Source: an uncultured Nitrospiraceae bacterium | GTDB taxonomy: Bacteria > Nitrospirota > Thermodesulfovibrionia > UBA6902 | DNA length: 37,386 bases | Assembly: GCA_964626925.1 (NCBI GenBank) | Contig: CAZVHL010000001.1 | Span: 1-37,386 of the forward strand | Direction of reading: 5' to 3' | In this document: in pieces, positions 9,654 through 18,214 of the stretch | Layout: every line of letters starts with the position of its first letter | Numbering within the stretch: the stretch's first letter is position 1 | Made by a program: the position numbers and the translations under genes | The notes under the pieces: model-generated | Databases searched by the model: none | Told to the model about the DNA's origin: nothing | The model's input: only the letters and a program-made list of their open reading frames with translations

Positions 9654-9769
9654 TTAAATACTAAAAGGGTTTGAGCCTGCCTGTTGGCAGACAGGGACTC
9701 CAGGGTTCGACTGACTACATTACCTACACTTGAATCCTTGGCTCCTATCCCCCTTGAATCCTTATTCAT

Positions 9770-10846
9770 TTAATCTGCCGAAGGGTATGAGCCGAGCACT
9801 TTGAAAAACAGGCACTCCTTTTGAACGTCCTTTATCGCTTTCATGACGTTTTTATCATCTGTATGTCCTCCCATGTCTACAAAGAACATATATTCCCAGG
9901 CTTTTCTTTTTGAAGGTCTTGACTCGATTTTTGTGAGATTTATCTTATGCCTTGAGAATGGGCGTAAAATCAAAAACAGCGCGCCGGGTTTGTCTTTAAT
10001 GGTGAACATTATTGATGTCTTATCTTTTCCTGTTCTTCCCGGTGATTCCTTTGCGATTACCATAAACCTTGTAACGTTTTTCTTGTTGTCTTCAATGCCT
10101 TTTTCAATAATATTCAGGCCGTATACAGAGGCAGCCAGTTCACTGGCGACAGCTGCAGAATCAGGAGACCTTGATACACGTTTTGCGGCGGCAGCTGTAC
10201 TGATCTCATCAATAATCTGGACACCAGGGAAATTTCGCTCAAGCCAGCTTCGACATTGTGCCCTTGCCTGCGGATGTGAGTAAATTTTCCTGACATTCGC
10301 TTTTTTGCCCGACTTTGACAGTAGGTTATGCGATATTTCAAGTATAATTTCGGATGCGATCATTAAATCTGAATCCATAAACATATCGAGAGTGTAATTG
10401 ACGACCCCTTCTGTAGAGTTTTCGATCGGCACTACTCCATAATTTACCTTATTCCTGAAAACTGCCTCAAAAACTTCTTTTATCGTGCTTTCCGCCAGGT
10501 ACTCTGAAGATGACCCGAATTTTCTTCGCGCTGCAAAATGTGTGAAGGTTGCAGAAGGTCCCAGATAAGCGATCTTTAAAGGTTGCTGAAGGGCGACCGA
10601 GGCTGAGAGAATTTCTTCATAAATCAATTTCAGGGCGTCATTGGGGAAAGGTCCTGTATTACCCTCCTGGAGTTTGCGTAATATCGCTGTTTCTCTTACC
10701 TGGGAATGAATCTTTAGCTGGTTGCTCTGTTTAGCCCTGCCCACTTCGAGGACTATCTGTGCCCGCTTATTGAGCAGTTCAACTATTTTAAGATCAATCT
10801 CGTCGATTTTAGATCGGAGTTTCTGTAATTCAGAGTTTTTTTTCAT
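9770..10846 (-). CDS. pheA: Bifunctional chorismate mutase / prephenate dehydratase (P-protein)
   Basis: N-terminal CM_2 helix (LRSKIDEIDLKIVELLNKRA), a PDT domain (IAYLGPSATFTH), and a C-terminal ACT domain with GALF and TKIESRP motifs. Confidence 0.95.
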   Translation of the reverse strand: MKKNSELQKLRSKIDEIDLKIVELLNKRAQIVLEVGRAKQSNQLKIHSQVRETAILRKLQEGNTGPFPNDALKLIYEEILSASVALQQPLKIAYLGPSATFTHFAARRKFGSSSEYLAESTIKEVFEAVFRNKVNYGVVPIENSTEGVVNYTLDMFMDSDLMIASEIILEISHNLLSKSGKKANVRKIYSHPQARAQCRSWLERNFPGVQIIDEISTAAAAKRVSRSPDSAAVASELAASVYGLNIIEKGIEDNKKNVTRFMVIAKESPGRTGKDKTSIMFTIKDKPGALFLILRPFSRHKINLTKIESRPSKRKAWEYMFFVDMGGHTDDKNVMKAIKDVQKECLFFKVLGSYPSAD

Positions 10847-11035
10847 TTTATTCTTATGATCTGCAAAGTAAATATTATATAAAACAGTCTCAAGGATCAG
10901 GGATCAACAAAGCATCCATTGAGAATAAATATCCCTTCATGTTTTTATCATTGATGAGGGTTAATTTAGCAATAAAACTGAGTTTTTTCAAGGTGAAAAC
11001 CGAAAGATGGAATCTGTCAGGTGAGACGGTGGTAT

Positions 11036-14000
11036 TTAGTTCTGTTTAATGATCTTTACTATAATGTCCCCGAATCCCGGCATCCCTGTAAAAGGGGAAA
11101 GATTTTTGGGGTTGAAGAGCCTGTTAATATTTTGAGTGTATTTTGAAGTATGATTTAAAAAACCTGTTCCGGATGCATTTTGACCTCCAGGTCCAAAGGC
11201 GGTTTTTATAACTCCCGGCATTATATCTTCGGTTAAAAAGACCTTGCCCTGCATTCTGTTTTTCAATGGGTCTTCGAGAGTAATAATGTCTCCTGTCTTT
11301 AAGTGCAGATGATCACCATCCGTTTTATTGAGCGCAAGCACAGGAATGGAAACAGTTCCAGACTTGAATTTAATCTCGCCTGCCTGAATCCCGTATTCTT
11401 CAAGATTGTTTTTGAGTTCCGGTACAGTATGCTGAAACTCACTGTTTAATGGCTGCATACATTCTGTGCTGGTTTCTGCAAGGTGTGGGCAGATTCCGGT
11501 CATAGTCATGGAATAATGAACTCTGCCGCTAATCAGTTGAAAAGGATATTCTTTGGCAGCTTGTTTAAATGATGAGCTTCCAGGGATCCATCTGGATTCT
11601 GACCAATAGAAGGAAGAGGGGAAATTTGTCCCAAGTCGTGAGTTGATTTTTTCAAGGTAGCTGAATTTAAATTCAAACTTCTTTGACCCGGTTTTAGGAT
11701 AGACACCTGATGGCGAACCATCCTGTTTTTTGTAACGGTAATAACTTGAAGGCCAGACCGCTACCCCGTTATTTTTCCGTAACCAGTCAACTGTCAGAGG
11801 TTCTCCTTTTTTTATAATTGTGTTACCCCAGGTTGCTGTTGGATTGTCTGGTGTGCCGGTTATTAAACATCCTTCAGGAAGGTCGGGATATGGAAGTGGT
11901 GAACCGATATTATGAAATCCGGGTGATTCGCCAAGCAAGTCATTGATAAACGCTTCTTCGTTTATATATTTTTCGAAATCTTCAGGTCTGATATCAGGGT
12001 CACCGTTGCGGACAAGGGCATTAGCCAGTACGGTCATTATTTCAAATGGGGTTTTCGATTTATGAAGGGGTTTGATAACCTGGTCTCTTATGGCTATTTC
12101 AGGGCTCATTGTATATACATCACTAAGTCCGATTCGCTCTAAATAACCAGCCTCAGGAAGAACTATATCCGCATATTTGCCGGTCTCAGTTATATGAGTA
12201 TCGATAAAGACCATCAAATCGAGAGCATATTTACCGTTTTTATCCATGGCCGTAATCGCATTGGTCCAGTCGTGCGTGTTTCCGGCCGTTATAACAGGAT
12301 TGCCTGCCCTTGATATAAATGCCCTGACCGGATATTTATAATTTTTAAATGGGCCATGTTTCAACGTGATCCCTTCTCTGATTTTCGTGGGAAGATCAGC
12401 CAGTACGCCTTTCCAGGCTGCCGGAAAATCACCATACAGGTCTTTATGCAGTTCTGAACTTTTCCCCTGTATATCTGAGCCGTTTACTTTTTTGTTAATA
12501 ACTTTCTCCAGGAATTTTTTCCCTGCAACGAGATTTCCTTTTTTTGCCTTTTGGGAGTCAATAAAAACCAGACCTCCAGGGATGTCCATGTTACCTGTTA
12601 TGAGACAGAGGGTTGTCATTAGTATTGATGTGACATCACCGTTGTGGTGGTGGGCAGTGCCGTGCATTCCAATTTCGATAGCAGCAGGCTTTGTTATTCC
12701 AAACAGATGAGATATATTTTTTATATTGTCAGCGGAAATATCTGTTATATTTTCTGCCCACTCAGGTGTGAAAAAATTAAAGTCATTCAAATAGTCTTTT
12801 TTATCAGTATGCGAAAGAAACGCAGTTTTGAATTCCTGCCAGCCGATAGTATAGTTTCTGAGAAAATCATGATCTATATAACCATGAGATTCATTGTCCG
12901 GAGAATCATTACTGATAATATGATGAAGCATGGATGCTAGCAGGGCAGCATCTGTTCCAGGTTTTATCGGAAGCCAGATGTCCGCATGTGATGCAGAATT
13001 TGTAAAGGACGGATCAATGACTACATATTTACATTTGTTTTCCTCTCTGGCTCCAGGTATGCCACTGGACATGTAATTGAATCTTGTTGCAACGAGTGGA
13101 TTACTCCCGATGTTCAGAAGGAGCTTGATATCATGGTTTTTGTATAAGTGAGTTTCTCCTTCACTATTTCGTAACAGAAAGGGTCTTTGGATATCGGGTA
13201 GCGGTCTTTCATCTCCGGTCATAATGGCATGCCCCCATTTGCGGTTGGGATCACAGATACTCCCATGATCAAATGTATTTGGGGTGCCAAAGGCATGAAA
13301 CAGTCTGTAATAAGCTTCTCTGTCAGTAACGTCGCCGCAGTTCAGAAAGACTGATTCCGGGCCATGCGTTTTCTTGATTTCGATTAACTTGACAGCAATA
13401 TGCTTTGAAGCTTCATCCCAGGTTATTTCTTTCCACCTGTCCTCACCTCGCTTGCCGGTCCTTATCAAAGGGGTTTTGATTCTGTAAGGAGAGTAAGTAA
13501 GCTGCAATCCTGCTGCACCCTTAGCGCATAATGTTCCGTTATTTATTAAAGAATGAGGATTTCCGTATATTTTTTTTGCAAAACCGTTTTCAACTGTTAC
13601 TGATATACCGCATTCGGATGGACACATTGCACAGGATGAATATATTGATTTTGCATTACCTTCATTACGCGTGACATCAGGTTCTATCAACGCACTTTTC
13701 GCTGAACGCTTAATTGTAATTTTGTGATCTCTTAATGGAGAGTTCAATATATCACTTTTATATAAATAGAAAACAGAAGGATTAGCATTAAGTTCAGGGC
13801 TAAGGACTTTGATATCGCAATGTTCAAGTGCGGTGGCGATCTCACTTTTTGGGTCATTTATATTGCCGAACGTAATTGCCTTGCCCATACAGCTCTGCAC
13901 ACATACAGGTAAAAGCCCTTTAACAACCCGGTTGTTGTAACAAAAGTCGCATTTTTCAGCCTGGCCTGTGTCTGGCCGTATTTCGATCGCATTATATGGG

Positions 14001-14314
14001 CATTTGTCATAGCATTGCTGACAGCCTGTGCATTTACCGTTATCAAGCAAAACTATACCATCATCATTTTTAAACAAGGCAGTTTCTTCACATGACTCTA
14101 TACAGGGCGCATTTTCGCAGTGATTGCAGAGGCGGGGCATAAAGAATTTATTTATTTCGGGATAAGTTCCAGTATTGTAAGTTTCTACCTTGCATCGAAA
14201 GGTCCCGAATGGGATATTATACTCAGCTTTGCAGGATACCTGGCACGCATAGCATCCCACGCACCTGTCAATATTTATTAGCATGGCATATCTTTTATTA
14301 TGTTTAGCCATCAC
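11036..14314 (-). CDS. Fused 4x[4Fe-4S] ferredoxin subunit + molybdopterin (Mo/W-bisPGD) oxidoreductase catalytic subunit, PsrA/PhsA/ArrA/TtrA-like, no Tat leader
   Basis: Residues 1-~185 carry four Cys groups: CVGCYACQVSC, CNHCENAPCIESC, CTGCQQCYDKCP and CDFC-x12-CVQSC. Residues 228-263 form a C-x2-C-x3-C-x27-C FS0 motif. A long catalytic domain with an HGSIC candidate Mo-ligand Cys follows, then a C-terminal dinucleotide-binding barrel. All of this lies in one uninterrupted ORF. Confidence 0.85.
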   Translation of the reverse strand: MMAKHNKRYAMLINIDRCVGCYACQVSCKAEYNIPFGTFRCKVETYNTGTYPEINKFFMPRLCNHCENAPCIESCEETALFKNDDGIVLLDNGKCTGCQQCYDKCPYNAIEIRPDTGQAEKCDFCYNNRVVKGLLPVCVQSCMGKAITFGNINDPKSEIATALEHCDIKVLSPELNANPSVFYLYKSDILNSPLRDHKITIKRSAKSALIEPDVTRNEGNAKSIYSSCAMCPSECGISVTVENGFAKKIYGNPHSLINNGTLCAKGAAGLQLTYSPYRIKTPLIRTGKRGEDRWKEITWDEASKHIAVKLIEIKKTHGPESVFLNCGDVTDREAYYRLFHAFGTPNTFDHGSICDPNRKWGHAIMTGDERPLPDIQRPFLLRNSEGETHLYKNHDIKLLLNIGSNPLVATRFNYMSSGIPGAREENKCKYVVIDPSFTNSASHADIWLPIKPGTDAALLASMLHHIISNDSPDNESHGYIDHDFLRNYTIGWQEFKTAFLSHTDKKDYLNDFNFFTPEWAENITDISADNIKNISHLFGITKPAAIEIGMHGTAHHHNGDVTSILMTTLCLITGNMDIPGGLVFIDSQKAKKGNLVAGKKFLEKVINKKVNGSDIQGKSSELHKDLYGDFPAAWKGVLADLPTKIREGITLKHGPFKNYKYPVRAFISRAGNPVITAGNTHDWTNAITAMDKNGKYALDLMVFIDTHITETGKYADIVLPEAGYLERIGLSDVYTMSPEIAIRDQVIKPLHKSKTPFEIMTVLANALVRNGDPDIRPEDFEKYINEEAFINDLLGESPGFHNIGSPLPYPDLPEGCLITGTPDNPTATWGNTIIKKGEPLTVDWLRKNNGVAVWPSSYYRYKKQDGSPSGVYPKTGSKKFEFKFSYLEKINSRLGTNFPSSFYWSESRWIPGSSSFKQAAKEYPFQLISGRVHYSMTMTGICPHLAETSTECMQPLNSEFQHTVPELKNNLEEYGIQAGEIKFKSGTVSIPVLALNKTDGDHLHLKTGDIITLEDPLKNRMQGKVFLTEDIMPGVIKTAFGPGGQNASGTGFLNHTSKYTQNINRLFNPKNLSPFTGMPGFGDIIVKIIKQN

Positions 14315-14405
14315 TATAATTTAACTGAATTGTCAGGAAAAATTAAATCTATTGAGATGAGAGGTGAGGAATGACAATCTGTACTATGCTGTTTCAGGCA
14401 TAAAA

Positions 14406-14741
14406 TTAGAAATTGTTTTGATACATGGAAGGATCAAATATGAATTTGCAACACCCCAAATCCAACACCTGGTTGTCATTGGATAATCTGGACTTGAAAT
14501 TATTGGTGATGTTGTAAAATCTATGAACACCATCTTTTCTTTTGTTAACCAGCCCATTTGCCTCGAGAACTTTTAGATGCCTCGACATGTTATACATTTT
14601 TATACCGAGAATATCCGATAAGTCCTGTACTGACAACTCTTTTTTTAACAGCTGATGTATTATCTGCAGGCGGGTTTCATCAGCCAGCGCCTTTAGTATG
14701 TTTGTCCAGTTTGACTGGGGTTCTGGAGCGATATCGTTCAT
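14406..14741 (-). CDS. ArsR/SmtB-family winged-helix transcriptional regulator
   Basis: LADETRLQIIHQLL...LSVQDLSDILGIKMYNMSRHLKVLEANGLV matches the ArsR HTH. It lies upstream of, and co-oriented with, the Mo enzyme. Confidence 0.9.
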   Translation of the reverse strand: MNDIAPEPQSNWTNILKALADETRLQIIHQLLKKELSVQDLSDILGIKMYNMSRHLKVLEANGLVNKRKDGVHRFYNITNNFKSRLSNDNQVLDLGCCKFIFDPSMYQNNF

Positions 14742-14780
14742 TCGATTTATTTAATAAAGTTGTTTTGATAAATCAGAGCT

Positions 14781-14818
14781 TAATTATAATTATATAAATT
14801 ATTCTTATGAATTATCAA
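14781..14818 (-). promoter_or_regulatory. Candidate promoter of the arsR-like gene with an overlapping palindromic operator
   Basis: On the minus strand: TTGATA (14813-14818) - 18 nt - TATAAT (14789-14794). A perfect 12-bp palindrome TAATTATAATTA (14781-14792) overlaps the -10 element and the predicted start site. The region is AT-rich, so a chance match cannot be excluded. Confidence 0.4.
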
Positions 14819-14912
14819 GCTTATTTCATATATATTTATGTTCCAACTTTATTACTGTCGGATTTCTATAATTTGTTATTAGATTTTTTAATTGTGTCGA
14901 TATCGGGTAGTA

Positions 14913-14921
14913 TGTTATACT
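14913..14921 (+). promoter_or_regulatory. Candidate extended -10 promoter for the GT2 synthase operon
   Basis: TGtTATACT (TG at 14913-14914, TATACT at 14916-14921), about 55 nt upstream of the start codon. No good -35 element. Confidence 0.3.
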
Positions 14922-14975
14922 TTTTTGATTTGAATTCCTCAAGTTTATGAGTCCTTTTTAATATCAAAGGGTATA

Positions 14976-16499
14976 TTGATGCTGCTTTATCTTTTTTTGA
15001 TAGTATATTTCTGTATCTTGATAGCGGTTTTCATCTACGCTTCACACCGCTATTATATGGTTTATCTCTACTATAAACATCGCAAGAACAGACCGAAGCT
15101 TAAAAAACGATTAGCCAAACTGCCCCGTATAACCGTTCAACTTCCAATCTACAATGAAATGTATGTAGTACGGCGGCTAATAACAGCATCCTGCAATATT
15201 GATTACCCCAGAGAACTCCTTGACATCCAGGTGCTGGATGACTCTACGGATGATACGGTCAATGTTGCCAAAAAATGTGTTGAAGAGTTCAAAGAAAAAG
15301 GATTTGACATACATCATATACACCGTACTAAAAGAAAAGGTTTTAAGGGTGGAGCGTTGTCAGACGGATTGAAAGTGGCTAAGGGTGAGTTCATAGCGAT
15401 TTTTGACGCAGATTTTGTCCCGCAAAGAGATATCTTGAATAATACGATTCATTATTTTGCTGATAAATCAATAGGCATGGTTCAGACGAGATGGACTTAT
15501 TTGAACAGTAAATACTCGTTGATAACCAGAATACAGGCCATTATGCTTGATGGTCATTTTATCATGGAGCATGCAGCCAGAAACTGGTCAGGGAGGTTTT
15601 TTAATTTTAATGGAACGGCCGGTATATGGAGAAAGGAAGCTATTGAAACTGCGGGTGGCTGGCAAAATGATACACTTACAGAGGATCTGGATTTGAGTTA
15701 CAGAGCACAGTTAAAAGGATGGAACTTTATATTTTTGAAAGATGTAGTGGCCCCTTCAGAAATTCCTGTAGAAATAAATGGATTTAAAAGCCAGCAGCAT
15801 AGATGGGCAAAGGGCTCCATACAGACTGCAAAAAAACTGCTTCCTCAAATTCTAAAAAGCGATCTGCCGTTGAAGGTAAAAGTAGAGGCTTTTTTTCATC
15901 TGACCAACAATATTTCATATCTTCTTATGCTGCTGCTCTCGATTCTGATATACCCGTCGATGGTTGCTCGTATAAACTTAGGATGGTTTCAGATGATAGT
16001 GACTGACGTACCATTCCTGCTGGTTGCAACTGTGGGTATATCATTTTTTTATCTCTGCTCACAGAAAGAAGCATACAGTAACTGGAAATCAAGATTGATC
16101 TATCTGCCGATGTTAATGTCAATTGGTATAGGACTTTCTGTGAACAATTCAAAGGCGGTACTGGGAGCGCTTTTTAACAGGTATACAGAATTTGAGCGAA
16201 CTCCAAAGTATATGATCGAGAAGAAAAAAGACAGATGGCTCGGGAAAAAATACAGAGTAAAAATAAACCTTTCAGTAATAATAGAACTTCTGCTTGGATT
16301 ATATTTTACTTTTAATATCTATTTTGCATTTATTAATAAGATTTATATCTCGATTCCTTTTCTTATGATTTTCCAGGTCGGATTCTTTTATATTGCTTTT
16401 TTGTCAGTTTATCAAGTATTATTAAGTAGTTTAGCGTCAAGTCGTATCGCTCGTTTCTTCATATCCAAGAGAAATACTGAAGATGTAATTGCCGCATAG
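14976..16499 (+). CDS. Processive family-2 glycosyltransferase, CslA/CslC-like beta-glycan synthase (membrane-embedded)
   Basis: Motifs QLPIYNE....QVLDDSTDDT, FDADFVP, TEDLDLSYRAQLKGW and QQHRWAKG (D,D,D,QxxRW), with one N-terminal and several C-terminal TM segments. The more likely ATG start is at 14979. Confidence 0.85.
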   Translation: MMLLYLFLIVYFCILIAVFIYASHRYYMVYLYYKHRKNRPKLKKRLAKLPRITVQLPIYNEMYVVRRLITASCNIDYPRELLDIQVLDDSTDDTVNVAKKCVEEFKEKGFDIHHIHRTKRKGFKGGALSDGLKVAKGEFIAIFDADFVPQRDILNNTIHYFADKSIGMVQTRWTYLNSKYSLITRIQAIMLDGHFIMEHAARNWSGRFFNFNGTAGIWRKEAIETAGGWQNDTLTEDLDLSYRAQLKGWNFIFLKDVVAPSEIPVEINGFKSQQHRWAKGSIQTAKKLLPQILKSDLPLKVKVEAFFHLTNNISYLLMLLLSILIYPSMVARINLGWFQMIVTDVPFLLVATVGISFFYLCSQKEAYSNWKSRLIYLPMLMSIGIGLSVNNSKAVLGALFNRYTEFERTPKYMIEKKKDRWLGKKYRVKINLSVIIELLLGLYFTFNIYFAFINKIYISIPFLMIFQVGFFYIAFLSVYQVLLSSLASSRIARFFISKRNTEDVIAA

Positions 16500-16561
16500 C
16501 TGGCATAATGCATGAAATCAATAATTCATAAAAAAATCATGGTAACAAAAGGAGTTTAAAG

Positions 16562-17539
16562 ATGGTTAAAAAATTCTTAGTGATAGCTATTTTCTTATCA
16601 GGGAGTCTGTTCATATCCAATGATGTTTTTTCAGCCTGGACACAGCCAAAGGGGCATTCCTATAATCAATTGACCTTTAGTAATTATCACACAACACAGA
16701 AATACACAACAATAGATACTTCAAAAGGTGCGGCTGGTTTAAATGAGCCTGTCAGCAGGATTGATACAGAAGAATTTCAGTCCACGAAAATTACATATTA
16801 CGGTGAGTATGGAATCACCGATAAACTCACAATATTTACCGGAATAGGATGGGACTGGCAAAAATCTAACGATAATATTAAATATGGAGAAGAACAAGGC
16901 CCAAGTGGAATTGGTGATATAAATCTTGGTCTAAGGCACAGTCTTATTGGCAACATTCTGGGTTCAGGTGTTCTAATGTCTATTCAGGCTGAGGTAAAGA
17001 TACCGGAAGCATATGATTATGAGACTCCTGTGACACATTTAAGTTTGGGTGATGGTCAATACGACTCTACCATTAAACTAAAATTTGGTCGTGGGTTTAG
17101 TAAAGGATATGCCTGGCTAGATACGGGTTATAAATTCAGATTTGAAAATGACCAGCTCTCCTCAAATCAAACATTTAAACCATCTGACCAGATTAAAATT
17201 TCATTTGGTGGTGGATATGTTGTTACACCATGGATGTCTATAAGGGGACTTGTGGACTGGACACATTCGGTTGGAAATGCGGAAGTTTCTCAGGAGCTTC
17301 AGACAGCATTTTATTCTAGCGGTGGACTTGCATGGCACCAGGATGTTGTAATCATAAAAGATTCACTGGGTCTGGAACCTAACGCCTTAAGCGCAGGCAT
17401 AGATCTGGCATTTAATATTTCCCCGAAATGGCAGACGGTTTTTTCCTATAACACTGACCTGCCTGGATGGGGAGATTTCAGGACCGAGGATTTTGCGCTT
17501 GGTGAGACATTTAGCATGGCGATCGTATACATGCACTAA
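16562..17539 (+). CDS. Outer-membrane beta-barrel protein with signal peptide (function unknown; possible export porin)
   Basis: Sec signal MVKKFLVIAIFLSGSLFISNDVFSA|W. Alternating hydrophobic/polar strands rich in G, Y and W throughout, plus a GIGD motif. A strong AAAGGAG RBS precedes the gene. Confidence 0.7.
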   Translation: MVKKFLVIAIFLSGSLFISNDVFSAWTQPKGHSYNQLTFSNYHTTQKYTTIDTSKGAAGLNEPVSRIDTEEFQSTKITYYGEYGITDKLTIFTGIGWDWQKSNDNIKYGEEQGPSGIGDINLGLRHSLIGNILGSGVLMSIQAEVKIPEAYDYETPVTHLSLGDGQYDSTIKLKFGRGFSKGYAWLDTGYKFRFENDQLSSNQTFKPSDQIKISFGGGYVVTPWMSIRGLVDWTHSVGNAEVSQELQTAFYSSGGLAWHQDVVIIKDSLGLEPNALSAGIDLAFNISPKWQTVFSYNTDLPGWGDFRTEDFALGETFSMAIVYMH

Positions 17540-17615
17540 ACTAAATGTGGAAAAGCTTTTATGGATAAATTAAATTTATTTTATCCAGCATTTATAGCCT
17601 CTTTTTTATCTGTTA

Positions 17616-17636
17616 ATGATGAATAGTAAAAAAAAA
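17616..17636 (+). other. ATGATG start plus A9 homopolymer (17628-17636): frameshift or slippage site at the 5' end of the TPR gene
   Basis: ATG ATG AAT AGT AAA AAA AAA stops after 4 more codons in frame 0. Shifting -1 within the A run continues as ILFLLISIPIIILSLYIFIKRH..., open all the way into the TPR ORF. Confidence 0.7.
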
Positions 17637-17821
17637 TACTATTCCTGCTGATAAGTATTCCTATTATCATATTATCTCTTTATATCTTCATTAAACGCCA
17701 CACTCTTCTGGCAGTTATATATCAGACAATTCAACTGGAAGATAAGGCAATTAAATCATTTTACGAGGCTAACGATGCGTATTCTTATTATCAACTTGGA
17801 TTAATATATAAAAGAAAGGGT

Positions 17822-18214
17822 TTGTTTGATAAAGCCGAGAGTGTATATCTGCAATTGCTAATTATGCAACATGATCATCCTCATGCGAATTATGATCTGG
17901 GTTATGTTTACAGGGAGATGAAATTATATGACAAGGCTCTGGTCCAATATCAGCAAGCATTGAAAATTGATCCTCAAAACACATATGCTCTTTCTGATAT
18001 AGCTTATATATTTAATGAAAAGGGAGAGTATAAAAAGGCTCTGGAAATGTATGACAAGGTGCTTGCGATTGATCCTTCTCAGAAATATGCTTTATGGGAT
18101 GTTGCTGTAGTTTATGAAAAGCTTGGCATGAAAGAACGTGCGGAAGAGCAATATGAATATTACCATAAAATGACGGACTGCAGTTTCAGAAGATTCTGGA
18201 ACTGTCTTGATTGA
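17822..18214 (+). CDS. TPR-repeat protein (uninterrupted C-terminal part; the probable full gene is 17616-18214 with a -1 shift)
   Basis: About 4 TPR units (e.g. ANYDLGYVYREMKLYDKALVQYQQALKIDP). The same frame is open upstream to 17630 but has no ATG, GTG or TTG before 17822. Confidence 0.75.
   Translation: MFDKAESVYLQLLIMQHDHPHANYDLGYVYREMKLYDKALVQYQQALKIDPQNTYALSDIAYIFNEKGEYKKALEMYDKVLAIDPSQKYALWDVAVVYEKLGMKERAEEQYEYYHKMTDCSFRRFWNCLD

Noticed and set aside
9695-9720. GGTTCGA T-loop-like string, suggesting a tRNA or tRNA fragment between pheA and hisC.
   Set aside because: I could not pair a T-stem, acceptor stem or anticodon arm around it on either strand.
14742-14975. AT-rich 234-bp divergent spacer at the major strand switch, considered as a replication origin.
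   Set aside because: I found no TTATCCACA-like DnaA-box cluster and no dnaA, dnaN or gid genes nearby. Two divergent promoters explain the region better.
17562-17587. AT-only 8-bp stem (TGGATAAA/TTTATCCA) after the OM barrel gene, considered as a terminator.
   Set aside because: The stem is very weak, and the T run is displaced ~14 nt downstream. The next gene (TPR) probably belongs to the same transcript.
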